64,000 nucleotides of DNA from the NCBI GenBank assembly GCA_903813345.2, contig CAIIXF020000001.1:806001-870000 (forward strand), read 5' to 3'. Position 1 is the first letter of the stretch. Every line of letters begins with the position of its first letter. The notes beneath the pieces were generated by a model that made no database searches, was not told where the DNA came from, and saw nothing but the letters and a program-made list of their open reading frames with translations. Made by a program: the position numbers and the translations under genes. The DNA is from Owenia fusiformis. Its lineage: Eukaryota. This document shows, piece after piece, positions 14,701-26,958 of the stretch.

Positions 14701-17700
14701 GCAAAGGCATGTCTGAATCACAAAGTAATGTCTAAAACAAAAAGTCATGAATACAACACAGAGTTGAAGCTATATCACAAAATGTGCTTATTTCACAAAG
14801 TCATGGCTGTATCACAAAATAATCTATATTTGATTTCTCACAATCCCATTCCCATATTGAATGTATATAATATCATTGCAGATCCAAGGACTAGAGACTG
14901 GCTTCCACTGCAAACACCATGGCCAATCATCTGTATCTTCATATCTTATATATTGAATGTACATAATATCATTACAGATCCAAGGACTAGAGACTGGCTT
15001 CTACTGCAAACACCATGGCCAATCATCTGTATCTTCGTCTCCTATCTCACCATGATCTACATTGGGCCAAAACTTATGAAAGGTCACCAGGCCTGGAATC
15101 TGAAGAGCGTTCTCATTCCATACAACTTTGCTCTTGTCATTTTGTCTTTTTATATGTTTTATGAGGTGAGTCATTTTGTCTTTTTATTATATGTTTTATG
15201 AGGTGAGTCTCTTCTGGTTACTCAAACATTGAGTTGTTTGATTTTGGTATGTCCTCCTCATTTTGCTGGAAGATATTTACTGTACTGTTGATTTTCTTTA
15301 TATTATGCTTTATGTTTTTATTACTTGTTGGGAAACCAATAGCAGCTGTAGAAAGTTCATTGTGAAATGTGAAACTGCTTTATTTCTTAATTTAGTATTC
15401 CGTGTCTGACTTTTTTTTCTCAACTGTTAAACAGAACGATGAAGAGTTGTGCATTGTAGCCTATATGAGAGTTGTGCATTGAAGCCTATATGATGAGAGG
15501 TGTGAATTGTAGCCTATATTGTACTGTGAGTACTTGTGATTTTATTTTCTGTATTGTATTGCAGTTCCTTATGTCTGCTGCACTGGCAGGGTACAGTCTA
15601 AAGTGTCAACCTGTAGACTACTCCAGAGATCCACTTGCTCTGCGGGTAAGTTTGTGTAAAATTTGTGTTTCTTAATGGTAGGTTGAACTGGGAATTCATG
15701 AATTTCTTAGTATTGAATACTGGATAATATTACAATTTAATTATTTAGGATCAAATGGCTATGTGTCATCATTTGTTAAAAACATTGCAAAAATATTGTT
15801 GTTCTTATTGTATTCCTTTATTGTGGTATTTCTCTTTTTTTGTATTTTATATTGTATTCCTTATTTTTTTCTTTTGTATAATCACCAACTTGCGAGGCCT
15901 GTTCTCGGGGTATTAGTACTAGTTTAAAAGGCTTTTGTTTTATTTTAGTATTTTGACTTGAGCGATAGTTGGTGATAATACTAATAACCTCATTTCATCG
16001 GGCAACATAGTTAAATCTTGGCCCAAGAGCCTTCTGAGATTATTGGTATATTGTATTCCTTTCTTATTGTACGTTCTCATCTTATCGCATTTCTATTATA
16101 TTCCACCAAATGAACTCAAATACAGGTTGACTGATTTGGTTCAAATTTTATATGTTGATAGGCATAGAAGCTCTGCTCAAGAATGATTTTTCCAGTATGG
16201 CTTCTTAGTTCAAAATGGCCACCATTTGATAACTCAAATACCCATTGTTGGATTTGGTTTAAATATATTTTCTTTTGTTTTCCTCTTTTTTTATTGATTT
16301 TCTTTTCTCATTGCAATCCTTTCTTATTGCAGATGGCAAGTGTATGTTGGTGGTTCTTCTTCTCAAAAGTTATTGAACTACTGGACACTGTGAGTATCTT
16401 TTGTTGACGATTATATTTACTGTCTTAAATCTAGAAACAAACAAAACAATTTCATGATCAATCAAAACTATTTTGTAAGTGTTATATGTAGGCTCATCTC
16501 TGCACCAAGTGCTCATATTTTAGCAAGCAAGTGTTATATGTAGGCTCAGCTCTGCACCAAGTGCTCATATTTTAATGACCACATGTTTTATATAAGCTCA
16601 TCTCTGCACCAAGTGCTCATATTTTAGCAACCAAGTGTTATATGTAGGCTCAGCTTTGCACCGAGTGCTTTTAGCTCTACACTGAGCGCTCATATATCAA
16701 CACCAAGTTGTCAATGTAGGCTCAGCTTGCATGTTCATGTAATGTAAACATGAACGCATGATTAACCTTATTTTCAGCTGTTCTTCATCTTAAGAAAGAA
16801 GGAGAACCAGATCACATTCCTCCATGTGTACCACCATTGCACAATGATCATCAACTGGTACTTGGGGGCAAAGTATGTCGCAGGAGGCCAAGGTATTTAA
16901 CAAGAATCTTCACACATTTAGAAATCATTCTATAAAAGAGAAATTCAATAGTTTAAGGTGCAAGCAGAGAAGAAAGAGAATAATAAACATTCGTTGATGT
17001 AAAAATCAGAAACATTCTAGAAAATTATTTGAGATATAAAACATTGAAGTAATTGTATGCAGAAATGCCCCAAAAAATTAAAATAAGAAATGCCCCATTT
17101 TCAGTCAAATAACCTTACAACTCATCTCTTTGCTTTGGCCCTTCTTTGGATTACCTGCAATTTTAGAATGGCTTTATATAATTTACAATGATCTCTTGCA
17201 TGTTATATTTCAGCATTCCTCTTAGCAATGATCAACTCATTTGTACACATCTGGATGTACTCTTACTACACATTAGCAGCTGTTGGGCCACACATGCAGA
17301 AATATCTCTGGTGGAAGAAGTATATGACAACGCTACAGTTGGTATGGACATGTTAGAATATTTGAATTTCCTGTAATTTCAACCAAAAGAGTTAAGATCC
17401 TTAGATCATCAAATATGACACTATACACTGTAATATACCTAATGCATGCAAATTGATATACACACTTTCCACACTCAATAGCATAGATCAAGTAAGTTAT
17501 TATTTCAACCATTAATTTGATGAGTTCATTAGACTTGATAGGATTTTTTTAAATTTGTGATGTCATCATGTTATGGTATGATGTCACTTAGGGTGCATTA
17601 TTTTTTTTCTTTCATGAGTCTGTTCTAAATATGTTTGACTCCCAAAATAATGCAATGTTGTTCATTGTCTAAACTGAAAATAACTGTTAATCATGTTTTA

Positions 17701-18429
17701 AATGTTGGTTTCAATAAGAACTAGAATTTATGTTGTATTTTTTCTCTGAACCATTTTTCTGTGCTTATGTGTAAATTGCTACCTTATTTGCCAACCTTCA
17801 ATTTTTTCTATGCAAAGGATGTATAGTATATATGCTATGGTGGAAAGGTTTACTTATTAATAGATGCTTGTGTCAACAAAAATAGTATTTTAAATTTTGA
17901 AACATTCAAAAATAACTTAATTTTGATATTATTCGGTAAGTCTCCAGTGTTCAAAAATTATTTGTTAGCATATGTTGTTTTGAAATTCAATGATTTCACT
18001 TTTGTCATTAAATTGGCATTTTCCACATGTCCCCCTCTGAGATAAACACTAACACATTTTGCTTGTTCCAAAATAGTTTACTATGTACATAATTGTAAAA
18101 TAACATGCATATTGCACTACACTTTCAAATCCAATGAATGTTTCCTTATTTATTTTCAGACGCAGTTTTTCATAGTTGTCGCACACACAGGCTACAATAT
18201 GACGATAGACTGTAACTTTCCTCAGGGATTCAACTATGCTGTGTTCTTCTATGCCATAACTCTTATAATTCTATTTGGAAACTTTTACTACAAATCATAT
18301 GTGGAAAAGAAAGCAACTAAGAAACAGTCTCAGAATGGAACTAGTCACTCAAAAGTTTCCAACGGATATCACTATGAGTTACGCTCTAGAAAACCTGAAT
18401 CTAATGGCACCAATGGACATACAAATTAG
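5790..18429 (+). CDS. ELOVL4: Very-long-chain fatty acid elongase, ELOVL4/Elovl8-like (7 coding exons, ~294 aa)
   Basis: Exons 5790-5835, 14978-15165 (alternative acceptor 14882), 15565-15645, 16333-16389, 16778-16892, 17214-17341, 18160-18429. All are GT-AG and in frame (885 nt). ELO motifs: [27 protein letters not shown] (HxxHH), [29 protein letters not shown]. The paralog assignment is less certain than the family. Confidence 0.93.
5990..6545. repeat. Minisatellite, ~57-59-bp unit
   Basis: About 9-10 tandem copies of ACACTGCAAAGTGATGTTTTGATTTAGGTGACATGTAGCTCTAGCATA-like units in ELOVL intron 1. Confidence 0.95.
6600..7047. repeat. Minisatellite, ~30-bp unit (second copy of the array at 9965-10341)
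   Basis: Tandem GATGTTTGGATTTAGCCCCTTGCATGTAAAA(A/G). Confidence 0.95.
6671..13258. repeat. 3294-bp tandem segmental duplication (6671-9964 / 9965-13258)
   Basis: The unique spacer 7048-8204 recurs at +3294; ORFs 7033/10327 and 7073/10367 are identical. The junction at 9965 has ATGT microhomology. Confidence 0.9.
8205..9968. repeat. 19-bp minisatellite array (copy 1)
   Basis: Tandem CATGTCTGAATCACAAAGT with variant units. Confidence 0.97.
11499..14750. repeat. 19-bp minisatellite array (copy 2, extended)
   Basis: Same CATGTCTGAATCACAAAGT unit, ~3.2 kb, decaying just before ELOVL exon 2. Confidence 0.97.
16478..16730. repeat. Degenerate ~52-bp intronic tandem repeat
   Basis: 4-5 copies of AAGTGTTATATGTAGGCTCA(T/G)CTCTGCACCAAGTGCTCATATTTTAGCAA. 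Confidence 0.8.
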
Positions 18430-18650
18430 GTTTCGGAGATTCAGTACTTGTAAATACTAGAAGTTTTTAATGATTTTATAACTGTAATATCCTGAAAGTA
18501 CTGTTGACAAAGAAGGGAGGGTTGTTCAGAAACTGTCCAGTACATCAGTTTTGGATATTTTGTTTTAATTTATCATATGTACGGGTACACTAATATACCA
18601 GGTAGGCATAAAAAATGGGTTGTACTTTGTCACCTGATATCTCCATAACC

Positions 18651-20006
18651 TTATTATGTCCCCACCACATAGTGTGGGGCCATATTGTCGGCCTAGGCGC
18701 GTCTGTCTGTCCGTCTGTCCGTATGTCCGTCTGTCCGTCCGTCCGTCCGTCCGTACGTCCGGCAGTTTTCTCCAAAACCGCTACAGATATCACCTTCAAA
18801 TTTTCAGGGATAACTTATGAGTGCATCTAGATGTGGATGAAAAAAATTTAACTCGATACCTACTTCCTGTCGGCCATTTTGAAGTCAAATGCTAAAATCC
18901 TTGTCTGTAAGCTTTAAGAAAAACGGCTTCACAGTTGCTTTTAAAACTTTAAAATCTTGTTCAGCTCACTTCATTCTAGATCTGATAAGGTTTTGGACCT
19001 GTTAGCTCAGTCATGTCAGCCATTTTGAATGTTTTAAGAAAAGTTAGCGCACGATAATACTTTGTATCATATTGAATGGTGTTTTTCAGTTTTCATACTT
19101 TAACTATTTAGTAGCTTTATAAACAATTTCAGGTGTACTTTGTTGTAAAAGCCTATGTTATTGTTAACAGTAGTTATATGTGATAATTTTGTAAAAAGAA
19201 ATCAGCAAAAACTCATAATCACTTTTTTATTGTCGGCCATTTTGGATTTTTCCGTCCTAAAATATTGTCTGTAAAGTCTTGTCTACGCGTTTTTAGGTGA
19301 ACCGTTTGGTAGATCAATTTCATAGTTTCAGGGATGATTCTTAGTATGAAAATCTAGATCTGATTAGTTTTTTGGCATTCTGGATAAATGTCAAGGCAGC
19401 CATTTTGGATTTTCTGTCTTAAAATCTTGCCTGTAAAGTCTTGTCTACGCGTTTTTAGGTGAACCGTTTGGTAGATCAATTTCATAGTTTCAGGGATGAT
19501 TCTTAGTATGAAAATCTAGATCTGATTAGTTTTTGGGCATTCTGGGTAAATGTCAAGGCAGCCATTTTGGATTTTCTGTCCTAAAATCTTGTCTGTTAAG
19601 TTTTGTCTACGCATTTCCAGGTGAACCATTTGGTAGATCAATTTCAAATTTTCAGGGATGATTCTTAGTATGAAAATCTAGAAGAGATTAGTTTTTTGGC
19701 ATTCTGGATAAATGTCAAGGCAGCCATTTTGGATTTTCCGTCCTAAAATCTTGTTTGTAAAGTCTTGTTTACATGTTTTCTGGTTAACTGTGTGAGGGAT
19801 CAATTTCAAATTTTCAGGGTTGGTTCTTAGTATGAAAATCTAGAACTGACTAATTCTTTGGCATTCTGGGTAAATTCTATGGTGGCCATTTTGGATATTC
19901 TGTCCTCAAATTGTGTCGGTAAAGTCTTGTCTACTCATTTTTAGGGTAACCATTTGACGGGATCACCCATAGGTGGGGACATTTTGTACACATTTGTGTT
20001 CTTGTT
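18651..20006 (+). mobile_element. Non-autonomous Helentron-associated (HINE/DINE-1/pearl-like) element with internal 162-bp tandem repeats
   Basis: 5' ATGTCCCCCAC...GTGGGG hairpin/subterminal IR, then a (GTCY)n microsatellite at ~18700-18740. About 4.5 copies of a 162-bp unit (GCCATTTTGG at 19236, 19399, 19561, 19723, 19885). Ends with 3' GTGGGGACAT, a short hairpin and CTTGTT. Confidence 0.75.
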
Positions 20007-21797
20007 ACCTGTTTGCTTTAATCAAAGCTCTGTATCAAGCTATTGCCTTGAAAATTGAACAATACTTAAAAGTGCATTTGTAACATTTCATGAAAAAAAA
20101 TATTTCTGCACCATCTTCGTAGAAGATGGAGTACCAATTGATCAATGTTACAAGTGTAACAAGGATTGACGTCATATTGAAATTATCCGGAACATGCGCC
20201 TTTGACTCATGTTTTTGATTTTGATCCCATTATCAGAAATGTTAAAGGATAGAACTGAATTGATATATCAGGGAGATAACCAGGTGCCGGAGTATAACCC
20301 ATTTTTTATCCCCACTGAGTAAAGTAAAATATTGTTCTGCTATCCCACTTGGTTTCAATTTCTTTTTTGTTCTGTCCAATACCTGTTTATCTAGATCTTA
20401 GGTCTCAAGTCAACAGCACATTAAAGGTTTACAGTTTTAGTTTACAATTGAACAGTCAGGAGTGCTCTGCATTTGTATGATATCACTATATTTTATGACT
20501 ACCTTGTGACTACAATTTTGGGTTAAATTTTATAACTGCATTATGTGACTGCAATGATGCTATTGTATGACTGCATTGTGTGGCTGTGTAATGTGACTAT
20601 TGTATGACTGCATTGTTTGACTATTTTATCTGCATTTTGTGACTGAATGTGATATTTATTGTTTTTGGTTTCAAGCACATAACTGCCATGTCCATAGTCA
20701 AGAAAAGAATAAATTTTACATTGAAATATTTAATAACTATTGTCTGTTTCGATAGCCCAGTGCAGAAGACATAAAGATGTAACAAAGTTATCAGAAAGGC
20801 CTCTGTTAAACCAAAACCTCCTTGTTAATGACCCCTATTCTAACCAATGAGAATTAAAAATGCATATACCCAGGAACATCTCTACTGGTTGAGACTCAAT
20901 CATAGCAAGATTCAAGATTTTATTGTGTTTCAAGCCAAAACAATTGGCTTCCTCACAAAATAGATTACAAGACATAGTAAAATGCATTGTTAACTCCCGA
21001 CGTTGATTGAAAAGTTAATTTATAAAATGTGTCAATTCGTTTACAATTTCACAATCATCTGAAATCATTAAAAACTTAAATTTTTCTTCATCCAGCATAT
21101 TGAAGCCTGGAGCTTTGTTTCTTTTTAATAGCTGTGGGTTCTTCATAAAATAATATGGATTGGTCTTTTAATTGTATAAAACAAAATTAACATACGCATA
21201 ACACTGTTATTTATTCCAAATAAAAGAGTAAACATACAGTTATACATAAAAGTGTATAAAAAGTCTTCACTCTTCATAAGTCTTGAACATAAAGAAAAGA
21301 ATAAAGATGAATCTAATGAGATATAAAATATGATGTTCTATGTCCCCCCCCCCGTCTAACACACTGCTGAAGGAAGAGAAAAACTCCCTTTTGAACACCG
21401 TATAAGCAAGACATGAAAAGATGGCAGCACTAGACGTTGACTGAGAATGAACAGCGGAAGTGAGATAATATTTTCAAATGTGTCAATAAAACTTAGTTTG
21501 TTAAAAAATTCATATCTGCAATCCTTTAAACCATCACACAAAAGAGGAAAATGCGCTTTTCATTCTCCACTTTCCCCTTATTGCAAATTTGACAAATTCT
21601 TAAGCATATCTAAAACAATCCCGATTAATAGAGGAGTTTCTTTAAAGTTTTGAAATTTTGCAAATGGCCTTCGCGACTGGATTTTTACCGATAGAGGTCA
21701 GGTCGGATCCGGGTTGTCAATTCTCAAGGTCACATATTAAAATACACAGGAAAATTCTGTAGCTCTGGCAAATCATTCATTTACTCGAGTTATAATC

Positions 21798-23540
21798 ATG
21801 CCAGGAACAACTTGCTGCGTACCGTTGTGTAACAATAAGGGAGGACATTATTTCAAGAGCGATAGTGAGAGTAGGAAGCTTTGGATGGCCGCTATTAAGC
21901 GTGATAAGTGGACCCCAAATTTTGCAAATGCTGTCGTCTGCAAGAAACATTTTCTTCCAGAGGATTATATAACCCACGGCATTAATGGTAAATATCTATG
22001 CATTATTAAAACAAATAAGACAAAGATATAAATGTATTTAAGCGTAGCTAGTAATCGTATTCTACTGGCCTGAACGAATAAACAGAAATAAGAGTACGAT
22101 TTTTGTGAGTCACCTATTATCGCCCACTGAATATTACGAAAAAATCAACTGCTGGTGTCATTATTGTTAACATTAAACATATACCTGTGCAAAGTATTTA
22201 AAGTTCGTTGGTTACTTTACAAAGTACACATGTAGTTTTGTTCATACATGGCGAGTTTTGACCCACATGTTTCTCTTTGCAATACAGATTCCGACTGATT
22301 ATTTCAAACATAATTTTTTTCATTTTCAGGCAAGCCACTGAGATATCAGAAACTGAAACCCACTGCCGTCCCGTCAGTATTTGAATGGACAAAGAAGTCA
22401 CAGTCATCTGTCTCCAGGGCCAAGAGATATTCCATGAAGAACCTAGGAAGCAAAACTACAGAGGTGGACAGTTCTTCAATAAAATCCCATATTGACAATG
22501 ACTTGGATTTGTATGAGGAGAGAGTGACGGTGACTGAAGTTGAGAAATCAACAGTTGTACCACTCCCATGCCAATATTGCAGAAAGGTATCTGCAACTAT
22601 AGGGACACAAACCCCTGTGTGGCCTGAGAAACAGCGGCCATTAATGACAGCTGAAGATTTTATTGAGGATGATGAGGGGATGCATTATTATACAGGTTTA
22701 GAATCTTATGAGAAGTTTAATTTTGTTCTTTCATCACTTGGTCCAAATGTGAACCATATCAACTACCGTTACTCTCAAGTGAAAACAAAAACAATATCAA
22801 TCGAAGATCAATTCTTCCTGGTTATGCTGCTTCTTCGAAGGAATACTCCTCATTTTGAACTTTCACGAACATTTAAAATAGCTTGCAAGACAGTGAGTAA
22901 CATATTTATTTCATGGATAAATTTCATGAAATGCCAGTGGGAGGAAATTGACATATGGGCATCCAGAGACCTTGTAAAATTTTTCACGCCAGCAGATTTC
23001 GCACAGAAATTTCCGACAACACGCATTATTATCGATGGCACGGAATGCCCCATCAAAAAGCCAAAAGCCCCTGCAGCCCAGAGATTAACATTTTCCACCT
23101 ACAAAAACCGCAATACTGTGAAAACACTGATAGGTGCTACTCCAGGGGGTCAGTTTTCTTATTGTTCACCCGCATATGGTGGTAGTGCCAGCGATAGGCA
23201 GATCATCGAGCGATCTGACTTGAGTGGCTATGATCCTGGAGATAGTATTATGGCGGACAAGGGGTTCAATGTCCAGGACATATTTGCGCCGTACGATGTC
23301 AAGATAAATATACCAGAATTCTTTTCTAAGAAAAACCGGATGGATGGAGACACTGTTCTAAAGGATAGAAAAGTTGCCAGCAAGCGTGTTCATATCGAAC
23401 GATTAATCGGTCTGTGTAAGACATACAATATACTTACAGAGCCGATGGACTCTACTGATGTTAATTTGGCAACATCTATAATGTTTGACATTATCATGAT
23501 TTGCAATTTTCGAACATGCATCATGTCACCTACAATGTGA
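21798..23540 (+). CDS. THAP-domain PIF/Harbinger (ISL2EU-type) DDE transposase, 2 exons, ~466 aa
   Basis: Exon 1 (21798-21987; CCVPLC...W...VVCKKHF) splices to exon 2 (22330-23540; LKPTAVPSVF), completing a C2CH THAP domain in frame with the 368-aa ORF. DDE_Tnp_4-type catalytic motifs IIIDGTE, MADKGF and RVHIERLIG are intact. Confidence 0.92.
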
Positions 23541-25162
23541 CTTATTGGCCTAAGGATTTTTCTAAAAAAATGTTGACACAAGATGTATATGTATATGTAA
23601 AGAGCAAATAATAACATATAATGTAGACATGTCAGTCATTTTATTTGGTCTGAACTTGTAAATATTCAATGCAATCAAAAGTGATGTTTAGGCAAATGAA
23701 ACATTTGTCAAAAATATAATATTAACAGTGCAATAAATGTATAAATAAAAAATATGTATTTTACAAAAATCAATCTACAGTATTTGTGAATTTGATTGAA
23801 TAGTGTGTCATCTATTTCAAGTAATATTTCTGCAATCAACATGCCAGACATGTGCCAGACATTAATCATTATTAAAGAAAATAAAGTATTAGGTATGTTT
23901 GTTTAACATGTATAATCCCCAGGAATTAAAAATTGTCCCAGGCCCTTTTTTATTCTAGACAACAGCTGAAAAAACAAAAAAGTAATCAAATAGTATTTTT
24001 TGCAATCAACAAGCCTGGCACGTCCCGACTCTTAGTCTAATACATAACTTGTCATGTAAGACTGGAGCAAGTTTTAATCTGTCTATTTAGTAAATGACGT
24101 ACCAGACCTTTAAAAAACAAAAATAGTACCTTTTTTAGATATTAGCCTTTGATTGCCTGATGGAAAATAGATTTACAAAAACCTTAAAACAAAAATTAAT
24201 TTAACGAATGGGTTTGATAATAATTTGCATCAATTTACCGGTGAATTAGTGGCTTATTTAGTATTTTTTTTCAATCTGTTGATGTTTTCCGCCACGTGGG
24301 ATTGTTTATAAACAACTATCACGTGACACTCAATGTACCCAATAGGCATTTGCTAATATAAATATCGACCAATGAAATCTCTTTTTTGATATGACGTATT
24401 TTAGTTACTAGGGCAGCAATTGTAAACAAATATGACTTAAATGCGTGATGATACAGTTTTAGCGTAGTTTTTATAACATTTCATTAGACTAATATTTCCA
24501 ATCAGTTTCTTTCAGTTTCATACTTTGAAACGTTATTAAGGGACATATTAATTGTAGATTTGCAATTGTTGACTTGGAAATTTACCGTATTTAAACAGGC
24601 TTAGAAATGACAAAGAAGGAAGAAATCTGCCACAAATTCTACAAGATTTCAGAAGTAGACTCGACTCGATAAATATTGTAAGACTGATTGGAAAACAATG
24701 ATGGTGCAATGTTTAGTTTTTCTTGAGACATCATTCTATAGCTTCCGGCGGACAGGCGGATGATTGTAATCATTTAGGCTACGGATCTAGATCTAAGGAT
24801 CCATGCATTTGACAGTGGATAATCTTTCTTATCCAACTAGAACAAGGCAATTATTGTTTTTAATCTCATTAGTCTGGAGTATAATTCCACTGACATCTCA
24901 TAGTGCCTGGAATGTCTCCGTGTTGTCAATCTTGTTATTAGTACCTGGCAAGAGATTAGGAGGGTTTTGCAGACTATTTGATTGTTTATTTGTTACAAAC
25001 TGATAATAACAAACATGATACATATATTTGATATATTAACATTTTATATTATATTTTATCAGTACTTTATTCAACAACAATCAACATACAGCCCTGACTG
25101 GTTTATTGCTACAGTTTCCAAAAAGCTATACACCATTAATCTTGGTTACATATAAAGAATGC

Positions 25163-26958
25163 TCATACAAACGAAAACCTGTTGAAATCTCTGTAAAGTA
25201 ATCTCTCAATGACACTGCTACAAAAATGGTCATTGAAAAAAGAAGAAATCTTAATGACCATTTCACTGATAAACTGATCATTCCTGGGAATCATTTCAAC
25301 AAATAAGTCTTTTCTTGTGAAAATGACAAAATGGCATCTTTGTTTATCTGCACAATATAACTGCCCTTGCACTTGATAATAATAATCATGTTTTGTGTCC
25401 AAGTGAAGGTCCCCCTTAGAGTCCAGTTTCAAATAGGGAACTGTTTTCTCATTTATGAGTTTATTCCTTGCAGTGAAAGGGCATTTTATCTCTAATAACT
25501 CATCATCATTACCTTCAATGAGTCCATCTGGTGTGGCACTCATGTATGGTGTTTCTTCAGAAACAAAAATACCACATTCTCTGATGCAGAGGCCTGTTGT
25601 TGAAGAAAATTTATCTTTTGCTGTTTTTTCATATTTAATGCCATGATTTGTATATTTTGATTTGAATGTCTTGTGCACTACTAAACTTCTTGCAAGTTTG
25701 TCTTTATCAGTTCTTTCACCCGCAGTACACACACGTTTAAAATTAGATGCTGTTATTCTCTTACATCGTTCATTTTTCCATGTTTGACATGTATTCTGCC
25801 CACGTGTTGAAAGTTCAATTTTCAATATTTCTTCCTTTGAAATTGATGTTATATTTTCCTTCTCAAGAAATGTTGATTCATGGGATTTTTCTAAATAGTC
25901 ATGGTCCTTAAATACAGCTTTTGTATCAGCTGGAGCGTGTAGCTGATTAATAGGCATGTTGGAGCGTTTGGCAAAATTAATACAGAGGTTTCGGAAATAA
26001 TCTGGGTAACCTGGGTGATTGCGTAGATTTTCTGGGCGGGGATCATATGTAAAGTTCTTTGAATCATCTTCAGTCATTTTCAAATTCTCTGCTTTGACTG
26101 GCGAACCATGGTGTTTTGGTGCTTGATGGAATGACTGAAGCTTTTCAGTGCAGGTAAGTTGGACTTTCATCATTTTGCTTGAAGAAAAGTCTGTGATTGC
26201 ACACAAAACTACAGATACATGCTTACAATGGCAATCTGGTCCCATGCCAACTGCGCATTCACACTGGGCTTCCTGAACAATACCATGGTTATCGATAGAT
26301 ATGTCAACATGATAGGTGAGCTGCTTTCTCATACTAGCATTCACTCCAGCTTTGACATAAGTCAGTCCTTTCCATATTACGCTGCGAATGTACTGTAAGT
26401 ATCTGTCATCATACAGTTTCTGAGCTGTCAAATAGGACGATTTTTCAAATTGCTGCAAATAATTGTCAACATTTTCCTTGGTCATACATGGTATTGAACT
26501 GTCAGTGTTGACATCTTTGAATACCTTAGAATCGGGTAATGTCATATTCCAATCCTTTCTTTGGGTCTGTTCATTGCCAAAGTTTTGGTTGCGGTCGTAG
26601 TGAACCAGGCTGAAAAAAATAAACCAAAAATAATGGCTGTCAAAATAGTGTTGTTTTCCCGGGAGTAATTTACATATACTGCGTGAATAATTTTGAGACT
26701 AAATGAGTTTTAACTTGAGATAAGATATTATGTTAGATATAAATTAAATTGACGTTTAGAATAATTGCGTATTTTGAGTTATAAACACTAAATGTAAACG
26801 TATGAATTTTATTTCCGTGTTGACAAATCTGAACTCCAAAATTACAAAAATACACACCGATCGATCAGATCCTTTTTCTTGCCCGTACACCTCGCTTTGC
26901 GCCGCCTCAACTCCTCTTTCAAATCAGTTAACTTCCACGAATCGTATTTTCCAGACAT
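25163..26958 (-). CDS. SAP + SWIM zinc finger + YqaJ-like (lambda-exonuclease, PD-(D/E)xK) protein; ISL2EU accessory ORF, 2 exons, ~515 aa
   Basis: Exon 1 (26958-26858) reads MSGKYDSWKLTDLKEELRRRKARCTGKKKDLIDR (SAP-like) and splices in frame to exon 2 (26609-25163). SWIM motif CECAVGMGPDCHCKH; YqaJ motifs W..ER.KRITAS, HGIKYE, SATPDGL, LEIKCP, YYYQVQGQL. Confidence 0.9.

Noticed and set aside
8205-14750. CRISPR-like appearance of the short-repeat arrays
   Set aside because: The units are head-to-tail with no unique spacers, there are no cas genes, and the context is a eukaryotic intron.
20960-21135. Faint LINE C-terminal-like peptide on the minus strand (…NMLDEEKFKFLMISDD…)
   Set aside because: Too short and degenerate to support without a search.
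23830-24980. Possible nested transposon fragment between the two ISL2EU genes
   Set aside because: Only weak short repeats and promoter-like motifs; no TIR/TSD or ORF could be defined.
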